A stretch of 64,000 nt of DNA from an uncultured Anaerolineales bacterium. Its GTDB lineage: Bacteria > Chloroflexota > Anaerolineae > UBA2200. Made by a program: the position numbers and the translations under genes. The DNA is taken from positions 4,715-68,714 of the forward strand of contig CAYZGO010000015.1 of assembly GCA_964478075.1 (NCBI GenBank), read 5' to 3'. Below the pieces are notes generated by a model, which did not search any database, had not been told where the DNA came from, and saw only the letters and a list, made by a program, of their open reading frames with translations. Below, in pieces: positions 1 to 10,349 of the stretch (within the stretch, counting starts at the first letter, position 1; each line of letters starts with the position of its first letter).

Positions 1-171
1 GATGGCATCGTGTCCCCCACTATCAACCTGGAGCATCCTGACCCTGATTGCGACCTGGACTATGTGCCCAACAAGGCCCGTCACGTTCGCGTGGACACTG
101 CGATAGCCAATGCTTTCGGCTTCGGCGGACAGAATGCCACAGTGGTAGTCCGACGCGTGGATGGTGCGTAA
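1..171 (+). CDS. fabF: 3-oxoacyl-ACP synthase II, C-terminal end (runs in from left edge)
   Basis: Manual translation [56 protein letters not shown]; [16 protein letters not shown] and NxFGFGGxN are typical KAS II C-terminal motifs. Confidence 0.9.
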   Translation, partial: DGIVSPTINLEHPDPDCDLDYVPNKARHVRVDTAIANAFGFGGQNATVVVRRVDGA

Positions 172-405
172 CACGTAAGGATTCTCACGCCTCACAGGCC
201 AGGCATGAAATCACCGCGTGGCCTCTTTCTACTGTCTGGCTTGGAAGGATGGTAACCGGCACTTGGTGTGCCCCGCTCAACCTCACAGATTGCTGCACTT
301 GTCATAGCGAACGTTTTGTGTTACACTTTATGAGGCGTTCGATCAATGGCAGCCCGACAAGCAATGACACCAGTTCGAACCGAGACAACGACCCGAGAGG
401 CGTGG

Positions 406-1062
406 ATGAGGAAAGCACTAATCTGTAGCTTGGCTGTGTGTACGATCCTGAGTTGGGCCTGGACAGCGCTGGCGGCCGAGCCTTCTTTGCAGGCAACGGT
501 GGCGATGATTACTTCGCCTGGCGACAACGCAGTAGTGAGGGGCACTGTTCCAATAGTAGGCACAGCCGTTGATCCCAATTTCTGGAAGTATGAGGTGCAT
601 CTCGCGCCAGAACCCAACCCTCTGGACACATGGGCGCACGTTGGTGTAGTACGTGAGACACAGGTGACTGACGGGCTTCTTGAGACATGGGAGACCACGG
701 CCATCCCAGATGGCATGTACAGTCTGCGGTTACGAGTTGTCAATCGCACGGGCAACTACCGTGAGATCTTTGTGCGAGGCATATTGGTCGCGAATGCCGC
801 GCCCACCGAGACACCAACTCCCGCGGATACACCACTGCCTACCGCGACGATAACGCCCGCTGCGACGCCCACGTTCATTATCCCGATATCACCGCTTGCT
901 CAGCCCACAGCCACCCCTACCCTGGCCCGCCCTGCCCGGTCGGCATTACCAGACATGCTGGACCTCAACGGCTGGCGCCAGTCGCTCTGCCTGGGCACAC
1001 AGTTGATGGTCGCCACCCTCGTTGCGATTGCCTTGATCTTTGCGCTGAGGCGCCTGTTCTAG
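406..1062 (+). CDS. Exported hypothetical protein: signal peptide, Ig-like beta domain, Pro/Thr linker, C-terminal hydrophobic anchor
   Basis: ORF 346..1062; likely start ATG 406 (MRKALICSLAVCTILSWAWTALA); ITSP..N.VVRG.V.I.GTA, W.T..IPDG.Y.LRL.V pattern. Confidence 0.7.
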   Translation: MRKALICSLAVCTILSWAWTALAAEPSLQATVAMITSPGDNAVVRGTVPIVGTAVDPNFWKYEVHLAPEPNPLDTWAHVGVVRETQVTDGLLETWETTAIPDGMYSLRLRVVNRTGNYREIFVRGILVANAAPTETPTPADTPLPTATITPAATPTFIIPISPLAQPTATPTLARPARSALPDMLDLNGWRQSLCLGTQLMVATLVAIALIFALRRLF

Positions 1063-1239
1063 GCCATCGCAAGTCAAAGTGAGAGTTCTTTCTGCAGGGG
1101 CTAGTCAGATTGGCGAGCCCCTAGTGGTATTGGTCAGAAGGCACTGCTTGGCGGCTAAGCTGGACGCCCTGTTTGGATGATGATTCTGACAAAGGAGTTT
1201 GGCAGTCTGCGCAGGAAGCAGCAGTGTCGGGAGGGGAGA

Positions 1240-1815
1240 GTGAGGCTGATCGTCGGCCTGGGCAATCCGGGCCCGCGTCGTGTCAGGAACCGCCATAACG
1301 CTGGCTATCAATGTGTGCAACGTGCAGCACGACGACACGGCTTGCCCCCCGGTAGGATCATGTTCAGAGCATACCTGACTTCCGGTCAAATCGCTGGCAC
1401 AAGAGTAGTGCTAGCCAGACCTCTGACGTTCATGAATCTGAGTGGACAGGCCGTGCGCCCCCTGTTGCGTTGGTACCACGTTGCGCTATCTGACCTCCTT
1501 ATTATCTATGATGACCTGGATCTGCCCCTGGGTAAGATTCGTCTACGAGAGAAGGGGGGATCTGGGGGACACAAGGGTATGCGCTCCATCACTGAAGCCT
1601 TGAACACGGAGGCTTTTCCACGACTGCGCATTGGCATCGGCCGCCCGGCACATGGTGAGCCCCAGGATTACGTCTTGAGCGATTTTGCGCCTGACGAGCT
1701 CATCGTTATGGAGGACACGTACGAACGGGCCATGGCTGCTATTGAGTCATTCGTCGCCGAAGGGATTGCTGCTACCATGAACAAGTTCAACCTGCTGAGC
1801 AGGAACCTGGACTGA
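1240..1815 (+). CDS. pth: Peptidyl-tRNA hydrolase
   Basis: LIVGLGNPG, RHNAG, PLTFMNLSG, DDLDLP, GGSGGHKG motifs; GTG 1240 after GAGGGGAG. Confidence 0.95.
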   Translation: MRLIVGLGNPGPRRVRNRHNAGYQCVQRAARRHGLPPGRIMFRAYLTSGQIAGTRVVLARPLTFMNLSGQAVRPLLRWYHVALSDLLIIYDDLDLPLGKIRLREKGGSGGHKGMRSITEALNTEAFPRLRIGIGRPAHGEPQDYVLSDFAPDELIVMEDTYERAMAAIESFVAEGIAATMNKFNLLSRNLD

Positions 1816-1825
1816 GTTAGGTCTG

Positions 1826-4800
1826 TTGGTGAAGAAGGACTTTGCCTTGAACCTAAGCGGATTGCTTACAGCCATCAGCAAAGCCTCCAGTTACGGCCAT
1901 ATACTGAGAATGCTGCAGGCCTCAGGTAGAGGCAGCTCAGCCTTCACCGTGACCTGGGGACTATTAGAGGCTGCCCGGCCTCCTGTGCTGGCAGCCCTGC
2001 GGCGCGACTGGGAGGGCCCAATACTCGTGCTAGCAGCTCAACCGGAACGAGCTCGCTACCTGCACGAACAGGTTAGCCTATGGTCCGCCATGCCGTGCCC
2101 TCGCCTGACAGATGGCAAGACTCCGCATCGCCTGGGCGGGGCGAATCCCGCGACCCCGTGGTACTTTCCGGCTCCAGACGCCCTCTTCTACGACCGCACA
2201 CCATGGGATGGCGAAACAATCCGACGCCGCGTGACTGTTCTCTCCGCTCTGGTTAGCAATGGTTACGACGGACAGCCACCAACCATCTTCACCTCTGTGT
2301 GGGCGCTGATGACACTGACGGTGCCACCGCAAGTGCTGCGCCCGGGTGTCCGGGTCTTGAGAGTTGGGCAAACCATCAGATTGAGTAAATTGCTCGATGA
2401 CCTGGTAGCATACGCCTATGAACCAGTCACTGTAGTTGAGGAGCCGGGTACACTCAGCCGACGTGGTGGCATCATTGACGTCTACGCGCCCAATGCCTCT
2501 CAGCCAGTGCGCATCGAATTGTTTGCGGATGAAATCGAGAGCATGCGCGCCTTCGATCCGATCACCCAGCGTTCCTCGCAAAAGCTGCAGGCGATAACGC
2601 TTTACCCAGCAAGCGAAGCTCTTCCTCGCTACAGCCAGGCGGCCTGGGCATACCTGCCTGACGTGGACAGTGGGCAGGACACCTTGACCGCACCTCGCTT
2701 GCAGCGTGATCGAGAGCGTCTAGCCAGAGCAGAGTACTTCAGGGGGATGGAGTTTTACCTTCCGTGCCTCTATCCACAGCTAGTCACACTGCTGGATTAT
2801 TTGCCTGCAAAGGTGTTGCTGGTGGTAGATGACCTCCTGGCAGTTGAGGCGGCAGCCGAAACATTGGAGTCACAGGCCGCTGACTTGAAGGCCGAAGTAC
2901 TGGAAGAGAGACAACTACTCCCTAGCTTTCCAGCACCATATAGGCCCTGGAGTGAACTGCGGCCATCCCTTGGCTCAATACCTGGAGTTAGCCTGGGTTA
3001 CAAGGTGCAAAGCGAGACCGGCGCTGTGCAGTATGAAGCAGATACGGCCTTTCACATCGCTCCTGGCTATGGCGGCCGCATTCGAAAGCTCATAGAGGAC
3101 TGTCTCCGCCTAAAGTCGAAAGGACAGCGCACTGTAATCGTGTCCAGGCGGGCAGAGCGGCTGTCAAACTTGTTCGAAGAGTCGGGTGAGCAGGCCGTGC
3201 CGATACATGACTTGCCTGACATGCCGCCAGCAGGAAGCCTGACTCTGGTGCAGGGCTCACTGGCCGAAGGCTGGGTATTGAGAGAAAGCACGCCAAGCGG
3301 AGCGCGCCTAACGGCTCCTACCTTGCCTTTCCTCACCTTGCTTACAGATGCGGAGGTTTTCGGCTGGGCCAGACCCAAACGTCGTTCCTTCACGCGCAGG
3401 AAAGCCGCTTCTCCAGAGTCCTTCTTCGCCGAACCACACGAGGGTGACTACGTAGTACATATTGAGCACGGCATCGGCATCTACCGCGGCCTGGTGCGCA
3501 AAGCCATTGGCAAGACGCGGCGTGAATACCTTGAACTCGAGTATGCGGAAGGTGATCGCCTGTACGTGCCGGTCAGCCAGATGGATCGCATCACCCGTTA
3601 CGTCGGCAGCAGCGATCGGACGCCCGCCGTGCATCGTCTGGGTTCCGCTGACTGGGCCCGCGTGCGTTCTCGGGCCAAGAAGGCCGTGCAGGATATAGCC
3701 AGGGAACTCCTCGAACTGTACGCTGCGCGCGAAGTCGTGGAAGGGCATGCCTTCTTGCCCGATGTTGCCTGGCAGGAAGAACTGGAAGCTTCGTTCCCCT
3801 ACGAGGACACGGAAGATCAACTCCGCGCTCTGCTTGAAGTGAAAGCTGACATGGAACGCCCCAGGCCCATGGACCGCCTCATCTGCGGTGATGTGGGGTA
3901 CGGGAAAACGGAGGTCGCAGTGCGCGCTGCCTTCAAGGCAGTCATGGATGGCAAACAGGTCGCCATGCTAGTGCCCACCACTGTCCTGGCGCAGCAGCAC
4001 GTGCTGACCTTCAAACAACGTCTCGCTGCCTTCCCTGTAGAGATTGCCATGCTGTCCCGGTTCTGCTCGCCACGTGAACAGAGACTCACGCTGCAACGCC
4101 TGCGAGAGGGGCAGGTGGATATCGTCATTGGCACGCACCGGCTTATCCAGAAGGATGTAGCTTTCAAAGATCCAGGGCTGCTGATCATTGATGAGGAGCA
4201 GCGCTTTGGGGTTCGCCACAAAGAATGGCTCAAGCAGATACGCCAGCATATTGACGTGCTGACAATGACCGCCACTCCTATCCCGCGCACTTTGCACATG
4301 TCCCTGAGCGGGGTGCGAGACATGAGCACGATAGACACACCACCCGAGGAACGTTTGCCAATTCGCACCCAGGTGGCCGAGTATAATGAGGTGCTAATTC
4401 GGCGTGCAATACTGCGCGAACTGAACAGAGGCGGTCAGGTTTACTTTGTGCACAACCGCGTGCGAGGCATCCGGCAGATTGCGGAACGCCTGCAGAAGAC
4501 AGTGCCGAAGGCGAGCATCGTCATCGGACATGGACGGATGCCTGAGGAGAAGCTCTCCACAGTAATGCTAGATTTTGCCGCCGGCAAATACGACGTGCTG
4601 GTCTGCACCTCAATCATTGAAAGCGGACTGGATATCCCTAACGTGAACACCATTATCGTCAACCGCGCTGACAGATTTGGCCTTGCGCAGCTTTACCAGT
4701 TGCGGGGACGGGTAGGACGCAGTGCAGTGCAGGCGTACGCCTACTTGCTATACGACAAACGGCAAAGGTTGTCGGACGTCGCGCGGCGGCGTTTGGAAGC

Positions 4801-5464
4801 TATTCTTGAGGCCAGCGAACTGGGCGCTGGTTTTCGCATTGCCATGCAGGATCTGGAGATCCGTGGCGCGGGCGAGATCCTTGGCGCACGGCAGCATGGC
4901 CACATTGCGGCCATCGGCTTCGAGCTCTATTGTCGCCTGTTGGCCCAGGCAGTAAGGGAAGTAAAGGAGGCTAGGCCCAAGGCAGAAGCCGTGACACCCG
5001 AAGTTGAAGTGTCGCCCGTCATCGAACTACCGTTACAGGCCTACCTACCGGATGACTATGTGCCTGACGAGACTCTGCGGCTCAAACTTTATCAGCGCCT
5101 GGCTGGCCTTGGCAGCGAAGAGGAACTGGAGGATTTGAGGCAGGAACTTGAGGACCGTTTTGGCGTTCTTCCCCCTCCGACAGAGGAGCTCTTATACGTC
5201 CTGCGTATTCGCCTGCTGTCCACCGGTGGAGGCGTGCAAGCCATTGGGCGCGAAGATAACAACTTGGTTCTGAAACTAGGCGCCCGTGCTCTGGAAAGGG
5301 CGCGGGAAGTCGCGGCTCACTTTGGCCGACGGGCCTGGGTAGGACGGGGGCAGATGTGGCTTGCCCTGACCGAGGAGCAGGGCGACTGGCGGACAATGCT
5401 GGTGGCACTTTTAGTCAGGCTTGGCTGCGAAGGCACCAGCAATAGTGAAAGGGCTGAGCAGTGA
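1826..5464 (+). CDS. mfd: Transcription-repair coupling factor
   Basis: 1212 aa; RGGIIDV, GDYVVHIEHGIG, CGDVGYGKTEV, DEEQRFG, QLRGRVGR, TRCF C-terminal domain. Confidence 0.97.
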   Translation: MVKKDFALNLSGLLTAISKASSYGHILRMLQASGRGSSAFTVTWGLLEAARPPVLAALRRDWEGPILVLAAQPERARYLHEQVSLWSAMPCPRLTDGKTPHRLGGANPATPWYFPAPDALFYDRTPWDGETIRRRVTVLSALVSNGYDGQPPTIFTSVWALMTLTVPPQVLRPGVRVLRVGQTIRLSKLLDDLVAYAYEPVTVVEEPGTLSRRGGIIDVYAPNASQPVRIELFADEIESMRAFDPITQRSSQKLQAITLYPASEALPRYSQAAWAYLPDVDSGQDTLTAPRLQRDRERLARAEYFRGMEFYLPCLYPQLVTLLDYLPAKVLLVVDDLLAVEAAAETLESQAADLKAEVLEERQLLPSFPAPYRPWSELRPSLGSIPGVSLGYKVQSETGAVQYEADTAFHIAPGYGGRIRKLIEDCLRLKSKGQRTVIVSRRAERLSNLFEESGEQAVPIHDLPDMPPAGSLTLVQGSLAEGWVLRESTPSGARLTAPTLPFLTLLTDAEVFGWARPKRRSFTRRKAASPESFFAEPHEGDYVVHIEHGIGIYRGLVRKAIGKTRREYLELEYAEGDRLYVPVSQMDRITRYVGSSDRTPAVHRLGSADWARVRSRAKKAVQDIARELLELYAAREVVEGHAFLPDVAWQEELEASFPYEDTEDQLRALLEVKADMERPRPMDRLICGDVGYGKTEVAVRAAFKAVMDGKQVAMLVPTTVLAQQHVLTFKQRLAAFPVEIAMLSRFCSPREQRLTLQRLREGQVDIVIGTHRLIQKDVAFKDPGLLIIDEEQRFGVRHKEWLKQIRQHIDVLTMTATPIPRTLHMSLSGVRDMSTIDTPPEERLPIRTQVAEYNEVLIRRAILRELNRGGQVYFVHNRVRGIRQIAERLQKTVPKASIVIGHGRMPEEKLSTVMLDFAAGKYDVLVCTSIIESGLDIPNVNTIIVNRADRFGLAQLYQLRGRVGRSAVQAYAYLLYDKRQRLSDVARRRLEAILEASELGAGFRIAMQDLEIRGAGEILGARQHGHIAAIGFELYCRLLAQAVREVKEARPKAEAVTPEVEVSPVIELPLQAYLPDDYVPDETLRLKLYQRLAGLGSEEELEDLRQELEDRFGVLPPPTEELLYVLRIRLLSTGGGVQAIGREDNNLVLKLGARALERAREVAAHFGRRAWVGRGQMWLALTEEQGDWRTMLVALLVRLGCEGTSNSERAEQ

Positions 5465-6009
5465 CGAATGCTGTTTTGACCGGTAAAGTGCACGTTGGCA
5501 AAACCACGGTGTGTCGTGCGGTCGCAGATTTGGCCCGACAGCGTGGCTATTGTGTGCGGGGCATTTTGACGCCGCCCATCCTCGATGAAAGGAGTGAGCG
5601 CCTTGGTGTCGAAGTGCTGGACCTGGACAGCGGGGAACGAAGGGATTTGGCGCGGGTAGACCAGGATTTGGGCGGGCCCCGCGTTGGTCCTTACAGCTTT
5701 GACGCCACTGCTCTACGGTGGGGCCAGGACGTTATCTCGCGCGCTATCGCCGCAGGGTGTGACCTCTTGATCGTGGATGAGATTGGCCGCCTGGAACTTG
5801 AGCAACACAAAGGATTCAATCACGTGTTGCATCTCCTGGCGACGAGTGTCGTGCCACGCAGTTTGCTCGTGGTCCGCGCTTCACTGCTGCGTAGATTCCG
5901 CCGCCGCTTGCCAGAGCTAGAGTTTGTTATCTTCAAACTCACTGAAGACAACCGCGATACCCTGCCCAGGGAGATCGCACAACGATTGTTCTTGACGCAG
6001 TGCCAATAA
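5461..6009 (+). CDS. P-loop NTPase (NTPase_1/THEP1-like)
   Basis: GKVHVGKTT Walker A, LLIVDEIGRLE Walker B; overlaps mfd stop. Confidence 0.8.
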   Translation: MTNAVLTGKVHVGKTTVCRAVADLARQRGYCVRGILTPPILDERSERLGVEVLDLDSGERRDLARVDQDLGGPRVGPYSFDATALRWGQDVISRAIAAGCDLLIVDEIGRLELEQHKGFNHVLHLLATSVVPRSLLVVRASLLRRFRRRLPELEFVIFKLTEDNRDTLPREIAQRLFLTQCQ

Positions 6010-6094
6010 GGCGAAACCTGCGTTGCCAGAGCATAGTTCCTCCACTATAATACTTTGGCAGCCAAATGCCTTTCAAATGAACTCAGGAGGGAGC

Positions 6095-7105
6095 ATGAAG
6101 ATTCTCGTGGACGCAATGGGCAGCGACTGCCATCCACAACCTGAAGTGGAAGGGGCGGTACAGGCCGCACGCGAGTATGGCGTCGAGATTGTATTGGTGG
6201 GCAACAAGGACGTGGTAGAACCAGAGTTGGCCAAACACGACCTGTCCGGGCTGGCAGTGTCCCTGGTTCATGCCAGCCAGATTATCGAGATGAAAGAGCA
6301 TCCCGCCGCTGCGGTGAAAAGCAAGAAGGACGCCTCGATGGTCGTGGGCATGAAGATGCTCAAACAGGGGCAGGTAGATGCATTTGTCTCCGCTGGCAAT
6401 TCGGGTGGCGTCTTGGCGTCTGGGCTCTTTTACCTTGGGCGCATCAAGGGTGTCAAGCGGCCGGCACTGTCCAGTGTATTCCCCACGCGCAAAGGCTTCT
6501 GCTTCCTGCTGGATCTGGGTGCTAACACGGATTGCAAGCCGGAGTATCTGCTGCAGTTCGCGATAATGGGCAGCGTGTACGCGGAGCGTGTGCTGGGCAT
6601 CACTAACCCCCGTGTCGCCATTGTCTCCAACGGCGAAGAAGAAGGCAAGGGCAATATGCTCGTGCAAGAGACGTACCCGCTGCTCAAGGCGAGCGGCCTC
6701 AACTTTGTGGGTAATGCGGAGGGTAAGGATGTCCCCGCCGGACTGGCCGATGTCATTGTCACTGACGGTTTCACTGGCAACGTCATCGTCAAGCTCTCGG
6801 AAGGCGTGGCTAGCTTCTTGCTGGGCATCTTGAAGGAGGAGATCAAGAGCAGACCCCTTGCGGCGCTGGGAGCGATTATGGCCAAGCCGGCGTTTGAACA
6901 GGTACGAAAGCGTCTCGACTATCGCGAGTATGGCGGCGGGCCGCTATTAGGTGTCGATGGCGTGGTCATCGTAGCCCATGGCCGGTCCGATTCGTTGGCT
7001 ATCAAGAATGCCATACGTGTGGCCAAGCAGGCTGTAGAGGGGGGCACTCTGAACGCCATCAGGGATGACATAGCCCGAAGCCTGACCAGGTCCGCCAAGG
7101 AGTGA
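6095..7105 (+). CDS. plsX: Phosphate acyltransferase PlsX
   Basis: MKILVDAMGSD, SAGNSGG, LDLGAN, NGEEEGKG, DGFTGN, HGRS; ATG 6095 after AGGAGG. Confidence 0.95.
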   Translation: MKILVDAMGSDCHPQPEVEGAVQAAREYGVEIVLVGNKDVVEPELAKHDLSGLAVSLVHASQIIEMKEHPAAAVKSKKDASMVVGMKMLKQGQVDAFVSAGNSGGVLASGLFYLGRIKGVKRPALSSVFPTRKGFCFLLDLGANTDCKPEYLLQFAIMGSVYAERVLGITNPRVAIVSNGEEEGKGNMLVQETYPLLKASGLNFVGNAEGKDVPAGLADVIVTDGFTGNVIVKLSEGVASFLLGILKEEIKSRPLAALGAIMAKPAFEQVRKRLDYREYGGGPLLGVDGVVIVAHGRSDSLAIKNAIRVAKQAVEGGTLNAIRDDIARSLTRSAKE

Positions 7106-7112
7106 ATGTTAT

Positions 7113-7802
7113 ATGCGCCTTGTGATTAATGACAAGCTAGCAGAAAGACGGAGCCGCGCGGCACAGCGTGCCCTGACCATCGGGATCATGCTACTGCTCA
7201 GCGCACTTGGAGCTTCCTTCTATCCGCGCTATGTGCTGCTCGCATATCCGCTCATGTTGCTTGCTACGATTCTGCTTACCTGGGCTACCCGCACTGGAGA
7301 CAAATGGTCGGGAGATTCACGCTCTGACAAAGTACTGGCAAAAGTGTTGAAGGGCCTGGATCACAGGCATCGGCTCTACAGCTATTTGCTGCCCGCGGAG
7401 CACGTACTCCTCTCCCCAGCAGGCATCTTTGTGCTGAAAGTAAAACGACAGGATGGCGAGATCTCCTGCCACAGTGGAAAGTGGCGTCGCCGATTCAGCC
7501 TGGGGCGCTTATTACGTATGCTGTCGGAGGAGCAGCTAGGCAATCCCACCAAGCAGGCGCGGCTTGAAACGGGAAAGCTGCGTCGCTTTGTCGCGAGTCA
7601 CCTGCCCGACGTTGACGTGCCGATTCAGCCCGTGATTGTGTTCATCAACCCCAGGGCCGAACTCGATGTCGTAGAGCCAACAATGCCCGCCATGCTTCTA
7701 AGTGCCTTGAAAGCTTACCTGCGCAATGCTATGGCAGACAGAAAAATGCCCCAGGAGAGGCTCAAGGCATTGATAGACTTGTTCAGTGAACAGGCAGTTT
7801 GA
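7113..7802 (+). CDS. Membrane-anchored NERD (nuclease-related domain)-like protein
   Basis: Two N-terminal TM segments, then HVLLSPAGIFVLKVK..G, GNP..QA and IQPVIVF NERD-like pattern. Confidence 0.6.
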   Translation: MRLVINDKLAERRSRAAQRALTIGIMLLLSALGASFYPRYVLLAYPLMLLATILLTWATRTGDKWSGDSRSDKVLAKVLKGLDHRHRLYSYLLPAEHVLLSPAGIFVLKVKRQDGEISCHSGKWRRRFSLGRLLRMLSEEQLGNPTKQARLETGKLRRFVASHLPDVDVPIQPVIVFINPRAELDVVEPTMPAMLLSALKAYLRNAMADRKMPQERLKALIDLFSEQAV

Positions 7803-7865
7803 AGTAGGACCATATTCGCCCTATGCGCCCTGGGGAAGGCTCTGCCTGGACGATGGATAACCCTT

Positions 7866-10295
7866 TTGGGGCCGGTTCCGAGTCGTGCGACCCCGATTTC
7901 GCTGGAGGAAGTGCCTTTGTTGGTCATCACTATTGTCTGGCTCGTGGCAACGCTTACACTTTGGCAGTTGCGTCGCCGTGGCCATCTGAGCAATGATTAC
8001 CACAATGACATGCTGGCGCTGGGAGCTTTGGCATTGGCGACGGCGGGTTTCTTTTGGCGTCTCCTCTTCTCGTCAAGGGTTTGGATGCCAGTGGGTGGAG
8101 GTGACCTGGTATCATTCCTGTATCCCGTCTACAGCTTTGCTGCGCGCAGCCTCAAGGCTGGCGACGTTCCTCTGTGGAACCCCTACTTGTATGGCGGCGC
8201 GCCGTTCGCAGCCGACAACCAATCGGGGCTCTTTTACCCTGTTAACCTAGCTTTCTTTCTTCTGTGGCCGCGCCTGGACTATCGAGCCATGGAATTGCTG
8301 GCCGTGGCTCATGTCTACTTGGCCGGGGCCTGTGCCTATCTCGGCCTGCGCTTTATCCAACGGCAACCGTTGAAACGCTGGGCAGCGTTGGCTGGTGCAG
8401 CCGCCTTCATGTTCTCTGACCTGTTTGTAACTCACTTTGGCAATCTGAACATGATAGCATGCGCAGCCTGGCTGCCCGTGATCTTCTGCTTGTTCCGGCG
8501 AGCCCTGTGTGACAGGCGCCCTGCGCTGGCGGCTGGGTCGGGAGTCTTCCTGGGATTTGCTGCACTGGCGGGCCATGTTCAGCCCCTCCTGTACATTGTC
8601 CTCGCTCTGGGGCTGTATTTCTTGTACTACGCTTATGGACGCAGGCGATGTGGTTGGCGCGTTCTTCTCAGCACAGTATCTCTGCTCGCATTGACATTGG
8701 TTGTCGCTCTGGGAGTGGCAGCACTGGCACTGATTCCTGCTTATGAGATGTCAAGCCTGTCCCTCCGTGCAGATTTGACGTATCAAGACGCCAGCCAGTA
8801 TTCCCTGCCTCCGGCAGCGCTGATAGGACTCTTGGTGCCAGGCATCTTTGGCCGTGGCCCACGGGGCTACTGGGGCCCCTGGCCGCGCGTAGAAGTGGGC
8901 TACGTGGGCATCTTGCCCTTGCTGCTGGCGAGCCTGGCTTTGCTGTTGCGTCGCGACAATCTGACCCGCTTCCTGACCTTGCTCGCTGTGTTGGCCGCAT
9001 TCCTGGCCTTGGGCGATTTCACTATTCTGCACGGCTGGGTGTATCGTTTTGTGCCTGGCTTTGACCTGATCCGGGCACCGGCACGATTCATCTATCTCCT
9101 AGATTTCGCCCTGGCGGGGCTGGCGGCGCTCGGCTTGGATGTACTGCTGTGTCCCATACCCCACTTCAATCGCCGCGTCTGGCGCCAAGTGCTGCGATTC
9201 TCTCCTTTTGCCGTACTTGGCATAGCCCTGATGACGCTGCCAGTTGCCTATGCGACATTGCTGAACAACCAGGACAAAGCGCCGGAGATTCTCGCTCGCT
9301 TGCTGACAGGCACTGGCGGGATTGTGTTCGCTCTTATGCTCTTGGGCTGTGGGCTGGCAATGCTGTATCTGCGCAGTGGACACCGGGTTAGTCGCGCTAC
9401 CTTGGGGCTCATTGCCTTCTCGCTGATCGTGTTCGACCTTGCCAGCCTGGGAGCTCACACTGAGTTGGAGTTGAACGAGCCTACAACTGGGTTTGAGCAC
9501 TACGAGGCGATTGCTTTCTTGAAGAGCGACGCAGAGTACTATCGGATTGACACGCGCACCGAGGTCTGGGACGTCTGGCAGCCTGATCTGAGCTTGATAC
9601 ACGGCATCTTCGACGTATGGGGCATCCACAATCCACTGGTTCTGGCTGACTATCATCGCTATTGGGAGGGTCTGGGCAGTCGCTCCACCCCTCTTTACGA
9701 TTTCCTCAACGCCAAGTACATTGTGGGACACAAGGACGTCGTCCTGGACTGGGACAAGTTCGAACTGGCTTTCGATGCCGACCCCAGCGTGAGCATCTAC
9801 AGGAACACGAGGGTTTTGCCACGCGCTTTTATTGTCCACAAATCGTGGTCAGTACTGGATCAGAAGCAGGCGTTCACCGCCATTCACCACGCAGATTTTG
9901 ATCCGGCTACTACAGTTGTGGTCGAAAGTGGACGCACACTCAGCGCGGACGCGCCTGGCCGCTCAGAAGTACGCATCGTATCGTACTCAAACGATGAGAT
10001 CGAACTGGAAGCATCCACCTCTATACCTGGATATCTCGTTATGAGCGAAGTGTATTATCCGGGATGGAGGGTAGAGGTAGACGGACAATCTGGGGACTTG
10101 AAGCGTGCCAATTATGCCTTTCGCGCCGTGTTCCTGCCGCCAGGCGTTCACAAGGTACGCTTCTACTTCCAGCCGACAACCTGGAAAGCTGGATTGTTCT
10201 GCAGCCTGGTCACCTGGGTTGTGCTGGCCGTTGTAGTGCTGAGGACACTTGCGGCCCGTTGGCGATTGCGCATACGTCACGTATTGCAGAGATAA
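7866..10295 (+). CDS. YfhO-family polytopic membrane protein (putative GT-C glycosyltransferase)
   Basis: PLWNPYLYGGAPFAA, FYP, YVG..P, R.PARF and C-terminal LVMSEVYYPGWRVEVDG..ANYAFRAV.LP.G.H motifs. Confidence 0.8.
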   Translation: MGPVPSRATPISLEEVPLLVITIVWLVATLTLWQLRRRGHLSNDYHNDMLALGALALATAGFFWRLLFSSRVWMPVGGGDLVSFLYPVYSFAARSLKAGDVPLWNPYLYGGAPFAADNQSGLFYPVNLAFFLLWPRLDYRAMELLAVAHVYLAGACAYLGLRFIQRQPLKRWAALAGAAAFMFSDLFVTHFGNLNMIACAAWLPVIFCLFRRALCDRRPALAAGSGVFLGFAALAGHVQPLLYIVLALGLYFLYYAYGRRRCGWRVLLSTVSLLALTLVVALGVAALALIPAYEMSSLSLRADLTYQDASQYSLPPAALIGLLVPGIFGRGPRGYWGPWPRVEVGYVGILPLLLASLALLLRRDNLTRFLTLLAVLAAFLALGDFTILHGWVYRFVPGFDLIRAPARFIYLLDFALAGLAALGLDVLLCPIPHFNRRVWRQVLRFSPFAVLGIALMTLPVAYATLLNNQDKAPEILARLLTGTGGIVFALMLLGCGLAMLYLRSGHRVSRATLGLIAFSLIVFDLASLGAHTELELNEPTTGFEHYEAIAFLKSDAEYYRIDTRTEVWDVWQPDLSLIHGIFDVWGIHNPLVLADYHRYWEGLGSRSTPLYDFLNAKYIVGHKDVVLDWDKFELAFDADPSVSIYRNTRVLPRAFIVHKSWSVLDQKQAFTAIHHADFDPATTVVVESGRTLSADAPGRSEVRIVSYSNDEIELEASTSIPGYLVMSEVYYPGWRVEVDGQSGDLKRANYAFRAVFLPPGVHKVRFYFQPTTWKAGLFCSLVTWVVLAVVVLRTLAARWRLRIRHVLQR

Positions 10296-10349
10296 GTCGA
10301 AGGACCATGGACAATAGTTGACCAAGAAACGTGGTCGAAAGGAGGTGCG

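Noticed and set aside
5461-6009. Two NTPase_1-like genes (5461 and 44560) as a recent duplication
   Set aside because: The sequences are clearly divergent; ordinary paralogs
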